A stretch of 20,000 nucleotides of DNA. It comes from Chiloscyllium plagiosum. Taxonomy: Eukaryota. The position numbers were made by a program, and so were the translations under genes. Numbering within the stretch: the stretch's first letter is position 1; each line of letters opens with the position of its first letter. A model generated the notes under the pieces. That model saw only the letters and a program-made list of their open reading frames with translations, was not told where the DNA came from and searched no databases. Of the stretch, positions 1-11,950 are shown piece after piece. Location: contig NC_057756.1 of assembly GCF_004010195.1 (NCBI RefSeq), forward strand, positions 948,016-968,015. The letters run 5' to 3'.

Positions 1-119
1 CAATACAAATACATCTGTAATGTATTAACTTCATGCAGATCAAATGTATCTTTTCTATTGTTCTCAAAACCAAATAGGTAGGACACTTTCATAACACGGT
101 GCATTAGGAATGTTTAGTT

Positions 120-3100
120 AGTGAGGGCAGAAATAGGAGGATAGAGCAGATGACTGTATGGCTGAGGAGCCGGTGTATGGGGGAAGGATTCACATTTTGG
201 ATCATCCGAATATCTTTTGGGGTGGTAGTGACCTGCTCAAGAAGACCGGATTGTAGCTAAATTGGAAGGAGACTAGTATACTTGCAGGAGATTTGCTAGA
301 GCTGCTCGTGAGGATTTAAACTAGTAAGGTGCGGGGGAGGGGTGGTGNNNNNNNNNNNNGAATGCAGAGCATTGTTAGAAACATGGAACTGGGATTTCAT
401 AGTAGTTACAGAAACATGGCTCAGGGATGGACTGGCAGCTTAATGTTCCAGGATACAAATGCTACAGGAAGGATAGAACAGGAGGCAAAAGACAAGGGAG
501 AGTGGCGTTTTTGATAAAGGAGAGCACACAGCTATACGGAAGAAGAATATTCCCAGAAATACATCCACGGAAGTTTTGTTTGGGTGGAACTGAGAAATAA
601 GAAAGGGATTATCACATTATTGTGATTGTATTATAGACCCCCTAATAGTCAGAGGGAAATTGAGAAACAAATTTTTAAGGAGATCTCAGCTATCTGTAAG
701 AATAATAGAGTGGCTATGGTAAGGGATTTTAACCTTCCAAACATACACTGGGACTGCCATAGTGTTAAGGATTTAGATGAAGAGTGTTAAGTGTGTACAA
801 GAAAATGTTGCGATTCAGTATGTACCTACTAGAGAAGGTGCAAAACCTGACCAACTATTGGGAAATAAGACAAGACAGGTGACTGAGGTGTCAGTGGGGG
901 AGCACTTTGGGCCACCGACTATAATTCCATTTAATTAAAATAGCGATAGAAGAGGATGGACCAGATCTAAAAGTTGAAGTGTTAAATTGGACAAAGGCCA
1001 ATTTTGACTGTATTTGGCAAGAACATTCAAAATCTGACTGGGGGCAGATGTTCGCAGGTAAAGGGAAAGCTGGAAAATGGGAAACCTTTAGACATGAGCT
1101 GATGAGAGTCCAGGGAATGTGTACTCCTGTTAGGGTGAAAGGAAAAGCTGGTAGGTATAGATAATAATGGATGACTAAAGAAATTGAGGGTTTGGTTCAG
1201 AAAAAGAAGGAAATATACGTCAGGTATAGACAGTATAGATCGAGTGATTCCTTAGAAGAGTACAAAGGCAGTAGGAGTATACTTAAGAGGGAAATCAGGA
1301 GGGCAAAAAGGGGACATGCGACAGATTTGGCAGATAGATTTAAGGAGAATCCAAAAAGTTTTTAAAAATACATTAAGGACAAAAGGGTAACTAAGGAGAG
1401 AATAGACCCCTCAAAGATCAGCAAGGCGGCCTTTTTATGAAGCCGCATGAAGTGGGGGAGATACTAAACGAGTACTTAGCATCAGTATTTACTGTGGAAA
1501 AGAACATGGAAGATATAGAATGTCGGGAAATAGATGGTGACATCTTGAAAAATGTCCATATTACATATGAAGGAGTACTGCATGTCTTGAAACACATAAA
1601 AGTGGATAAATCCAGAGGGCCTGATTAGGTGTACACAAGAACTTTGTGGGACGCTAGGGAAGTGATTGTTATGCCTCTTGCTGAGATATTTGTTTCATCG
1701 ATATTCATAGGTGAGGTGCCAAAAGGTGGGAGGCTGGCTAACGTGGTGCCACTGTTTAAGAAATGTAGTAAGGTCAAGCCAGGGAACTATAAACCAGTGA
1801 GCCTGACATCAGTGGTGAGCAAGTTTTTGGAGGGAATCCTGAGGGACAGGATGTGCATGTATGTGGAACGACAAGGACTGATTAGGGATATCCAACATGG
1901 CTTTGTTCGTGGGAAATCGTGTCTCACAAACTTGACTGAGTTTTTTGAAGAAGTAACAAAGAGGATTGATGAGGGCAGAGCAGTGGATGTGATCTATACG
2001 GACATCAGTAAGGCATTTGACAAGGATTCCCCTTGGGAGACTGGTTGGCAAGATTAAATCTCATGGAATACAGGGAGAACTAGTATTTGGATGCAGAACT
2101 GGCTCAAATGTAGAAGACAAGGATGGTGGTGGAGGTTTGTTTTTCAGAGGGAGGCTTGTGACCAGTGGAGTGTCACAAGGATCAGTGCTGGGACCACGAC
2201 TTTTTGTCATTTATTTAAGTGATTTCGATATGAGCATAAGAGGTTTAGTAAGTAAGTTTGCAGACAACACCAAAATTGGAGGTGTAGTGGACAGCAAAGA
2301 AGGTTACTTCAGATTACAAAGGGATCTTGATCACATGGGCCAATGGGCTGAGATGTGGCAGATGGGGTTTCATTCGGATAAATGCGAGCTGCTGCATTTT
2401 GGGAAAGCAAATCTTAGCAGGACTTATACACTTAATGGTAAGGTCCGAAGGAGTGTTGCTGAATTAAGAGAATTTGGAGTGCACGTTCATAGCTCCTTGA
2501 AAGTGGAGTCACAGGTAGATAGGATAGTGAAGAAGGCATTTGGTATGCTTTCCTTTATTGGTTAGAGTTTGAGTACAGGAGTTGCGAGGTCGCGTTGCAG
2601 CTGTACAGGACATTGGTTAGGCCGCTGTTGGAATATTCTGTGCAATTCAGGTTTCCTTCCACTTGGAAAGGTAATTTGAAACTTGAAAGGTATCAGAAAA
2701 GAGTTACAAGGATGTTACCAGGGTTGGAGGATTTTAGCTATAGGGAGAGGCTGAACAGGCTGGGACTGTTGTCCATGAAGCGTTGGAGTCTGAGGGGTGA
2801 CCTTATAGAAGTTTGCAAAATTATGAGGGGAATAGGTTAGATAAATAGACAAAGTCTTTTCCCTGGTGTGGGGGAGTCTATAACTAGATGGCATGGTTTT
2901 GGGATGAGAGGAGAACGATATAAAAGAGAATTATGGGGCAAAGTTTTCATGCAGAGGATGGTAGATGTATGGAATGAGCTGTCAGAGGAAGTGGTGGAGG
3001 CTCGTACAATTGCAACATTTAAAATATATTAGAATGGGTATATGAATAAGAAGGGTTTGGAGAGATATTGGCCGGGTGCTGGAAGGTGCAGTTAGATTCG

Positions 3101-3182
3101 ATTGGGATATCTGGTTGGCATGGACAGGTTGGACCGAAGTGTTTGTTTTCGTGCTATACATCTTTGTGACTCTATGACTCTA
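120..3182 (+). mobile_element. CR1-clade LINE (HER1-like), 5'-truncated and decayed: ORF1 C-terminal remnant, APE endonuclease and RT of ORF2, 3' UTR
   Basis: 120-324 resembles the C-terminus of the CR1 ORF1 esterase (RIEQMTVWLRS..GF.FLDH..DL.KK.GL.LNWK.T.IL..RFARAAREDLN*). ORF2 fragments include YRPPN, GDFN.P, NYKPVSLTSVV, QHGFVRGKSCLTNL, SGVSQGSVLGP, KFADNTK (catalytic D to N), LYRTLVRPLLEY and LRGDLIEV. It ends in the short tail tgactctatgactcta. It has many stops and frameshifts and a 12-N gap at 348-359. Confidence 0.95.
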
Positions 3183-3310
3183 CTTAGTCAATGAATTAAC
3201 GATCAAGGTATCTTTTGAAAATTGATTTTGAGTTCTAAGGTTATTTTTCTAAACATATGTGACTTTTTCTCTGTACTATTCGGTGAAATCAGTTACAATG
3301 CGAAACACTT

Positions 3311-3641
3311 GGCACAGTGGCTAAGTGGGTGACACTGCTGCCTCACAGCACCCAGAACAGTGGTTCGAATCCAGCCTCGGGTGACTGTCTGTGTGGCGAT
3401 TTCGTGTTCACTCAGTGTTTGCATTGGTTTGCTCTATTTTCTGACACAATCCAAAGATGTGCAAGTTCGGTCAATTGTTCATGCTGAATTGCCCACCGTG
3501 TTCAGGAATGTGTGGGTTAGGTGCATTAATCAGAGGTAAACGAAAGATAGGAGGAATTGATCTAGGTGGATTATTCTTCAGACCGTTGGTGTAGACTTTA
3601 TCGGTTGAATGGCCTGTTTGAGCACTGTTGGGATTCTGTGA
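3311..3641 (+). mobile_element. tRNA-derived SINE, HE1/V-SINE-like
   Basis: Pol III A box TGGCTAAGTGG (3318-3328) and B box GGTTCGAATCC (3362-3372), followed by gactgtctgtgtgg and ccaaagatgtgca core motifs. The LINE-like 3' tail ends gggattctgtga. Confidence 0.88.
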
Positions 3642-3711
3642 CATCCATCTTCTCAACTGAATCTCCAGTGTATTTTGGAATACATCATTTTCTATCGAAA
3701 GTGAGACATAT

Positions 3712-5259
3712 TAGAGTCAGGGAGACAAAGAAATAAACAGCACGGAAACAGACCCCTCCATCCAGCTCGTCCAAGGATATCAGAAATCCGAAATAATTGT
3801 TATCCCATTTGCCAGCATTTGTCCCATATCCCTCTAAACTCTTTCCATTCAAATACGTATCCAGCTGCCTTTTAAATGTTGCAATTGTACCAGACTCCAC
3901 CACTTCATCCAACAGCTCATTCCATACGTGCACCCTCTTTTTGCATGAAAATGTTGCCTCTAAAGTCCCCTTTAAATTTTTCTCCGCTCCCTACATCCTT
4001 GAGTTTTTGGAATCACGCACTTCGGTCAAAAACCTTGTGTATTTATCCAATCCATGCCCCTCAGGATTTTATAAACTTCTATGAGGTCACCCCTCAGCCT
4101 CTGACGCTGCAGCGAATGTAGGCCCAGGCTATTCAGCCTTTTCCTTTGGTTAAACCTCTCCAACCCTGGCAATTTCCTAGCAATTGTTTTTGAACCTTTC
4201 AAGTTTCACAACATCATTCTTATAGCAGAGAAACCAGAACTGCACTCAGTATTCCAATGGTGGTCTAACCAAAGTTCTGTATAGCTGCAACAAGACATCC
4301 CAACTCCTATAATAAATGCACTGACAAATAATAAAACACATACAGAATGTTTTCTTCACTATCCTATCTACTTGTCATTCCACTTTCGAAGAAATATGAG
4401 TCTGCACTAGAAGCTCTCTTTTTTCAGCAACAGACTCCAGAATCTTGTCAGGAAACAGACATTTCCCACCCTGATTTGTCTTTCCAAAATGCAGCAATTC
4501 ACATTTATCTGAATTAAACTCTATCTGCCATCCCTTTGACAATTGGCCCATTTGATCAATGTCCTGATGTATTCTGAAGTAGCCTTCTTCGCTGTTCACT
4601 GCAACTTCAGCTTTGGTAGAATGTGTAAATTAATAACCAGACCTCCTATTTCATTTCCAAATCATTTACATAAACAAAGGACCCAGCACCGATCCATTCA
4701 GCACACAGCTGGTCACCGGCCTCCAGTCTAAAAAGCAATCCTCCACGAGAAATACTCTTCTACCTTTGAGCCAGTGCTGTATTCAAATAATTAATTTTCT
4801 CTCTATTCTGTTTGATATAACATTGCTAACCAGTCTACCATGAGGAATCTTGTGAAACACCTTACTGAAGTCCATATAAATCACGTTCTCCATTCTCAAA
4901 TCATCAATCTCTTAGCTACCGCTTCAAAAAATTCAATTAAACTACTGAGACACAGTTTTCCACGCACAAAGGAATGCTGACCACTACCAATGCCAGGCTT
5001 ACCTGTCTATCATTCACTTGCATTTCCTTGCCATATTTCCTAAATAATGGCACCACATTAGCTAAACACCAGCCTTCAAGCACTTCCCCAGTAGCTATTG
5101 ATGGTGCAAATATCTCACCAAGGGTCACAGCAATCACTTCCTTAGCTAACCATAGAGTGTTAGGGTTCGCCTGATCAGGTCACGAGGTTTGATCCACCTT
5201 TATGCCTTTTAAGACGTCCAGCACCTTCTCCTCTGTAATATGGACATTTTTCAAGATGT
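3712..5259 (-). mobile_element. CR1-clade LINE 3' fragment (RT and 3' UTR), same family as 120-3182, in inverted orientation
   Basis: The reverse complement of ~5190-5259 matches 1540-1610 (acatcttgaaaaatgtccatattaca...). Minus-strand ORF fragments give WCLANVVPLF, WQIEFNSDKCELLHFGK and VWNELLDEVVESGTIATFKRQLD. The 3' tail tgactcta is at 3712. There is an internal deletion near 4970. Confidence 0.93.
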
Positions 5260-5655
5260 TGTTATTTATTTTAGTTTTGGCAAAACATTTTCGAATGCAT
5301 TTTTGTCTGAAGGCTTAGCATTCTTGTTCGTTACTTAAAACAAATTAAAATATAGAGAGAAACTGTGCAAAATTTGCCAATTTTAATCTAGCCATCATAT
5401 TTGAGCATTGCTTCATTTTTTTTGCCGACCAAGTATGTGAATAACTCTGAGATCCAACAATGAGCTGCATTCCTCCACAACGATATACCAGTCTCAGTTA
5501 CAATATGCTTGTCATCATTCAAGTATGAGCCTTTATTATAATATTGCATTGTCATGATATTCAGGGCAACTTTTAATATGAGAATAACTAATGAGGTTAA
5601 ACTTCTTTCATACAATGATTATTGCAGTGCATTAATCCATTTGTGTCCCTGTTAG

Positions 5656-5682
5656 AACAACAAATGAACAAGAAAGACAGAG
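5656..5682 (+). CDS. Putative 27-nt micro-exon (phase 1-1), x-QQMNKKDR, of an unidentified coiled-coil gene
   Basis: ttgtgtccctgttAG|AACAACAAATGAACAAGAAAGACAGAG|GTaatg. Its length and phase match the other micro-exons. Confidence 0.72.
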
Positions 5683-6333
5683 GTAATGATATTCAGCTAT
5701 GCCGTAATTCTTCACTTCTTAACAGTGGATAATCTGAAGTAATCTAAGGATTTGGAGCGTATGACAAAATATTCCATCCAACGTTGATATGGTTATTAAG
5801 TAAATGCAATTGTAAGAGAAACCTCGGTCATCTGCCTTTCAAAGGAGAATTGAATTTAATGTTAAATCAAAATTGAGAGATGATTTGAAATGACCATTAT
5901 GAGACGTTTAACTCAAAACTGCATATGAAGGAAATAGTTGAACTGGTGAAAAGTTGGTTGTCATAGTGTATTTCTTTTTAAGTTTATTGCCAAAAAAAAA
6001 CAAGATCATATCCATTCCTGTTTTCTTCTGTGGAATATACCACCAAAACCGAGATACTGAGACAATCAGTAATAACATTTGAAGTGTATGCAGCTTACCT
6101 TGTAGAAGTAGAAATGGAAGTCAGAAACAAATCATTTAATGTGTTTTTCTATTATTCTGTTAATTCGTTTTGGAAGTAATCCAATAAACAACTCTGTATC
6201 AACATTTTTTCTGCGGTGCGCGAGGTGTTTTATTTTCTCTGTATCTATCCTGTGGAATGCACAGATAGAAGGCACATTTTCATTAACCTGCAGTTAACAT
6301 TAACCCTCTGTTTTGTTCTACATCCACCGTTAG

Positions 6334-6369
6334 AACTGGAAAAGTTAAGGAAGAAGCTTCAAGATTGTG
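6334..6369 (+). CDS. Putative 36-nt micro-exon (phase 1-1), E-LEKLRKKLQDC
   Basis: Pyrimidine-rich acceptor ctgttttgttctacatccaccgttAG and donor TG|GTgaga. It encodes heptad-pattern leucines and resembles the exon at 14917. Confidence 0.8.
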
Positions 6370-6838
6370 GTGAGAATGGATTTGCTTTAAAGCATGCTGC
6401 TTCTTTTTTCGTCTTGAACTCTAAATATTATTGTAATTATTTTTGGGCTAATTCATCAATTTCTTCTTGCCTGAAGTATAATGATGCGAGAAATATGAAA
6501 CTGCTCTAGTCAGGAGCCAGTGCCAATCTAGTCTGCAATGTAAAGTTTCAATCCATTTAAAGTTCTATTAAAGTGATCTGAAGTTAATGTCTGGTGCCAA
6601 AATGACACCAATTCACCAACGGTTTTGCTTCAGGCTATAGACATCCCAGATGAACTGAATACAAAACTGCTGACATTAGCGGATGAAAATGTGAATTTAA
6701 ACGTTAAAAAGCATTAGATATATAAGTTCAATTTAAAAAGATAGATTTCACAGACTTCTCTCCCACTTCCGTGATAGTTGATCTAATTGTGGTTTTTCAG
6801 AAAATTTGAAAATTTCACAAGTTGATCGATTATATGAG

Positions 6839-7033
6839 GAGAAAGTGAGGTCTGCAGATGCTGGAGATCAGAGCTGGAAATGTGTTGCTGGAAAAGCGCA
6901 GCAGGTCAGGCAGCATCCAGGGAACAGGAGAATCGACGTTTCGGGCATAAGAAGGGCTTATGCCCGAAACGTCGATTCTCCTGTTCCCTGGATGCTGCCT
7001 GACCTGCTGCGCTTTTCCAGCAACACATTTCCA
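6839..7033. mobile_element. Young non-autonomous Penelope-derived inverted-repeat insertion
   Basis: Perfect 78-bp inverted repeat (6874-6951 and 6957-7034, loop aaggg), flanked by the perfect direct repeat gatcgattatatgag (6824-6838 and 7034-7048). It shares ctgcagatgct, caggcagcatcc and gacgttt motifs with the Penelope-like terminus at 15572-15700. Confidence 0.85.
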
Positions 7034-7640
7034 GATCGATTATATGAGTCAGCTTTACTATTCAGAAGGGGACACAATGTATCTTGTTCTGGCAATCAGT
7101 CATATAAAGTAAAATGATAAATTTTGCAAAACTAACACGTTGTAAAATCAATCATAATTCAGCTAACTTTCACTAAACTTTATTAATCTGCTGTCGCCTT
7201 CTTTGTCCAATGGTGTTCCTCCTTAAGCAATTGGACAATGTTTTTTGATTTTTGATTTCATGTCACGCAAATGCCTTTTCCCAGCCTACCTCGATAATAT
7301 CTTTAAGCTACATAGTTAACCAAGGTACCTACTTCAAAATCACTTGAGAGCAGTTTAATTGTGAAGCAACTGGAAATCTTCTGTTTAGTTCTGCAGTTAA
7401 CAAATATGAAATGTTATCTACAAGAGTTTCTGATCCACAGCCTCTCCTTTACTGATGACAATGTTCATTCAAACATGTCAAATTGACCAATATGTTGTTA
7501 TATAAGCTGACGTGGCTCGTAGTTAAATTATATTTACTACTTCCTCCTGTGGACCTTGAATACTTAATTTTATTTAAGAAAAACTATGTAGCCATAAGTT
7601 TTATTGGAATTGACTTCAGTATCAATAATATCCCTCTTAG

Positions 7641-7667
7641 AACAGAAATTAATTTCAGATGAGAAAG
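7641..7667 (+). CDS. Putative 27-nt micro-exon (phase 1-1), E-QKLISDEK
   Basis: atccctcttAG|AACAGAAATTAATTTCAGATGAGAAAG|GTaagt, a consensus donor. Confidence 0.8.
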
Positions 7668-8957
7668 GTAAGTGTGTGCATCAATTTAATTCTTTAACTG
7701 ATTTGAAACCCTCAGAATCTTCCAAAACTGGATGGATAAGCAGTTGAAATGTCATATAATTAAAGGCTAAGGACCACGTGCTGCAAAATGGGTCTGGTGT
7801 GGATTATTCTCCCTCCTTATTGGAACTTGCTTTCTGATCAAATATTCATTTACAGTTTCCAGGTTTTTTCTTGTTTGCGCCATAAAACTGCATATTATAA
7901 CTATAGCGGATAATCCATTAGATTGATCTGAAGCTTATGCACCAAAGAAGAATAGATTACTTCGATATTTGTCGCAATTATTACTCATGAACACTGATGT
8001 TGTTAAATGGTGGTTAAATCAATCTTCACCAATGCATTGTTTTGCAAATGCTGCAGCCGTTTACCGTTCTGCATGTCTGATAGTAAGCTTCATCTAGTAA
8101 CGTTTCCTTCCGTGAAGATGTTCTAGGTCCGAAGTATCAAGATGGTTATACAACACTCCTTTCTATCTATACAAAGAAAAGCATAGATCTTCATTTGGGG
8201 ATGCCACGAGTACACATCAAACTATACATAAACGCAACGTGTTTACCTACCAGCAACAATACAATTGAATAAAACCCTGGGAAATATTTACGTGCATTGA
8301 CTGAAATTCGTTCAAACATAAAATGGAATTGACATAAGTGCTTGAAAATATGTCTCCTTTTCTTTCTCCTCCACACAACGTCATCTCAGTTATCCCATAT
8401 GGATGCCGAAATTACTGACAAACTTTTAAATTATAAGTAAAATGATCAACATGCGATTAATTTGATAAATCTGTCAAGAATGTCATGACAGCATTATGAT
8501 AGGAACATGTTTCCACTTGTCTGTTGCATGCAATTATTCTATAATAACGTCCAGAAGTAGATCCACATTAATTTCACAATATATTTCCTTTGAGAAATAT
8601 CCTTATACGACTCTTGGAACCCTTGATAAGGAGCACGATCTTTTGTATACCCCCTAAAAGTATATTCTACTTCACTACATACTAAATATAATATCTCTGT
8701 GGATCAAGAATGCCTCTGATCACACCTTCAGAAAAAAAACTGTTAGAAAACAATGAGATCAAGCGGCTTCCTTTCACTTGTTCATCTCCTTGCTTACATT
8801 TACCGTTAAGATACTTCAGTGATGACCCTACTACCAGCCAATCCTGCACCCAGGCAATTAGAATGGTTATTGTATTCAGGAAAAATGGCGTTACAAAACC
8901 CTGTGAAATGAGTATTCCACTATTGTCGAAACATTTTTAATTCAGGACTTACGATTA

Positions 8958-9680
8958 ATAATAGAGCCCTGGGCAGTGTTGTTAGAGACCTAGAGTTTCA
9001 GGTATACAGTTCCTTGGAAGTGGAGTCACACATAAAAGAGGATGGTGCTGAAGGCATTGCCATGCTTGCCTTCATTGCTCAGAACATTAAGTATAGGAAT
9101 TGGGGTGTCAGGTTTCGGTTCTACACTACATTTCTCAGGTCGCATTAACAGTAGTGTGCACAGTTCTTGTCATCTTGCTATAGGAAATGTATTCTTTATT
9201 GGAAGGAATGCAGGAAAGATTTACATGGACGTCACCAGGACTGGAGAGCTTCAGAACTAACGCGGGACTGGATAGGCTGGGACCTTTTTTTTGGTCAGGA
9301 GCATAGAAGATTAAGAGGCGAACTTAAAGATGTTTATAAAATCATGAGGGGCAGATATGATATAAATAGCGAAAGTTCTTTTATGTTTTCCCTGCGGGTA
9401 GGGAGTTCAAATCTATAGGGCATAATTTTGACGAAGTTTTTAAAGGGGACCTGTGAGGCAACATTTTCACACAGAGTGTGGTTGTATGTGTATAAACTGC
9501 CGGTGGAAGTGGGTGATGCACGGACAGTTCCGAGATTTCAAAGACATTTGGGCAGGTATTCGAATAGGAACGTTGTGAGAGTACAGGCCAAACGTAGAGT
9601 AATGGGAGTAGTTTAGTTTGGAAATCTGATCGGCATGGACAAGTTGGACTGAAGGATATGTTTCCTTGCTGTAGGACTTA
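8958..9680 (+). mobile_element. Older CR1-clade LINE 3' fragment
   Basis: It shows degenerate ORF2 C-terminal motifs (EHRRLRGELKDVYKIMRG, FSHRV, KLPVEV, FQRHLGRY). The 3' UTR ggcatggacaagttggactgaagg...tttccttgctgta is homologous to ~3117-3160. Confidence 0.88.
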
Positions 9681-10617
9681 ATGAATTGAAACTAATCTTC
9701 TGTTCACCTCTGTCATCTTTGTCTATCCATGAGGCGCTGTTGAAACTTCTGTTTTACAGAGACATTCATGGAAAATTGCTGTCTTACATGTTTTGTTTTA
9801 AACATGTTCATTGAGTGCAGATTGATAAAATGGTAAAATGTTAGCTTGAATTTGTCTTGCTTTATTGTATGCAATGAAACGTCTGTGAGGAGTGTTTTGC
9901 ACTGTTTGGTACATGTCAGCGCTGGTAAATCGGTCAGTATAGACACAAAAAGGCTCTTTCCACAGCATTGAAAAAATTGAGCACCAAAGTTAAGTTACGA
10001 GATAAGTGGTTGCTGACTGTCAAATTGGGAGGTATATTTATTGAAATGGAATGATATGTTTAGAAGTCTGCAGCTTGATGTTTGGAACTATATCTAAGTT
10101 TCAGAAAAATAATGAAGCTGACTTTTGGCTTTTTTCGGGTGCTGGGTCAAGTAGGCCAGACCATGTAAGAATAGCAGATTGTATTTCCAGAAGTGAACCA
10201 CATGAGTCCGTAGAAAAATTATTGATCATGGTCACAATCATTAATAATCATTTCTGCTTGTTCTTGTTTTAAACGACTGAAGGTGGTTTAAAGTTGGAAT
10301 GAATTTCAAATACAATATGATCTCATTTCGTTGGATAATATTATCATAAGATATTATTAAGTGGAAGTGTTGAACTACAAAAGTAAAATTTAGGTTAATT
10401 TTATACTGGATGTAGAACACAAGCAAGGCTTTCCATTCTTGAATTTATTCAGCTCCCTGCTAATGGCGTACAGAGAGTTAGTACATTGCAAAATAAAATA
10501 ATTCTTTACAGGGTCTCGTGACTCTCTTGGCTGTAAAGAAAAGCTTCACTAATAGTATTAACGACTTCAATTATGTCTTTCAATTTTATGACGATGAACG
10601 TTTACTGTTAAATCTAG

Positions 10618-10644
10618 GAATGAAGACTCTTAACGAAACGAAAG
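10618..10644 (+). CDS. Putative 27-nt micro-exon (phase 1-1), G-MKTLNETK
   Basis: ttactgttaaatctAG|GAATGAAGACTCTTAACGAAACGAAAG|GTctgt. It contains an N-E-T sequon. Confidence 0.62.
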
Positions 10645-11039
10645 GTCTGTCTGTGTTTTGTTTGCAAAAAATCAGTATATTTGATCATTAAACACAATTG
10701 CTTTTCATTGAGTTTCAGTGCCAGCATCTGCAGATTTGATTTGAAAAAGTGGCTCTTCCTGGTCAACCAGGCTGTTGTGTCTGATACCTAAGTCGTACTT
10801 ACAGTGCAATATGCTGCAGCATGGCAATAATGGAAGGTACCATGTGTTAATCATTAGAGTCGAGAGCAATACTTTTGACCATAACTATTTTTCATTTTCT
10901 TTAATCAGTACGTTTAAGCAGTGTAAATAAAACCTGTCACAGTGCAGTTCATTACATTATAATAAGCATCAACTATTAGTTGCAGTGACCAATTTATTAA
11001 ATTGCTTGCACCCAAAAGATATGTTTTCCGGATTGCCAG

Positions 11040-11700
11040 ATTTTTCTCTCATCTGCTCTAAGCACTGATCTTAAATCAATGCCCCCGGACTTAAAATCCT
11101 CCTTCCTGTTAATCCTGTCCCATTTCAATTTTCTCTCCTTTATGGAAGACAAATCCCATCAGTCCAATCTCTCTTCGTAACTGGAACTGTCCTTCACAGA
11201 CGACATTTTAATAAATCGCCTGTGCACCTTCTCCAGTGCTATCCCAACCCTCCAAACAATGTGACTTCCAGCACTGCACAGAATGCTTCAACTGTGGTGG
11301 AGCTAACGTTGTCTACAGTTCCAGTATAGCCTTGTAGTTCACAGACTCCTTGCCTCAGAGAATAAAGGAAAGTCTTCCATATTTCTTCTTAATGATGATA
11401 ACGTCCTATCTTGAACTTTAAGGAACTGCTTTAGATAAAAAGAAACTAAGTTTTCTGTATTCTTCGCAGTTTCCCAGGGCATTAATATTAAGCATACATT
11501 CTCTTATCTTTCTCTTTCCAGCTAAAGTGCATCGGCTCATATTGATCTCGATTGAATTCTGTTTTCCACTGATTAGCACGTTTTATTAGTCCGAATTTTG
11601 TTATTTGTTTGCTGTGTCGTCCAAATAGTCGTCCTTTGCCTTTAGTTTTACCTTTCCAAGGAATCCAGTTCAAATATGTCCGCACATTCTTGTGTTTGCA
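11040..11700 (-). mobile_element. Highly degenerate CR1-like LINE RT remnant (approximate boundaries)
   Basis: The minus ORF 11488-11685 contains ANQWKTEFNRDQYEPMHF, which resembles CR1 W(Q)MEFN.DKCEVMHF. The reverse complement of ~11220-11330 resembles the PQLEYCVQFW and LEKVQRR regions. Confidence 0.65.
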
Positions 11701-11923
11701 AAGTACCTTTCATTCAATTAACGTTTTGGCTGCAATGTTTTATTTCAATTTACTACAGCAAAATGTCATCTCAGTCAATTAAACTTGACACTAAGCCAAT
11801 TACATTATTGATATTTATGGGGTGTTCATTTCATGTTTCTTTTAACCAATGCAACCTAATCGTTTGTGCTTTTGCATCTAAGAATGTTACTTCATTTAAA
11901 TCGGTTACAATCATTTTAAATAG

Positions 11924-11950
11924 ACGATCAACTGTATAAGTTACAGCGTG
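11924..11950 (+). CDS. Putative 27-nt micro-exon (phase 1-1), D-DQLYKLQR
   Basis: tcattttaaatAG|ACGATCAACTGTATAAGTTACAGCGTG|GTaagc. Confidence 0.75.

Noticed and set aside
3311..3385. tRNA gene candidate (A and B boxes)
   Set aside because: It continues directly into the SINE core and tail, and no convincing cloverleaf is evident.
6216..6509. 97-aa ORF containing LELEKLRKKLQDC
   Set aside because: Only 6334-6369 looks coding. The rest is read-through of flanking intron sequence across clear splice signals.
6806..7117. 103-aa ORF spanning the hairpin
   Set aside because: It is a by-product of the GC-rich palindromic insertion and starts at a non-ATG codon.
8732..8758. Exon-like segment after ccttcAG reading E-KKLLENNE, similar to EQKLISDEK
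   Set aside because: There is no GT donor at 27 or 36 nt. At most it is a dead exon copy.
10512..10532. 21-nt AG/GT-bounded segment (G-SRDSLG)
   Set aside because: The donor is weak, and joining it to exon 10618 creates an in-frame TGA.
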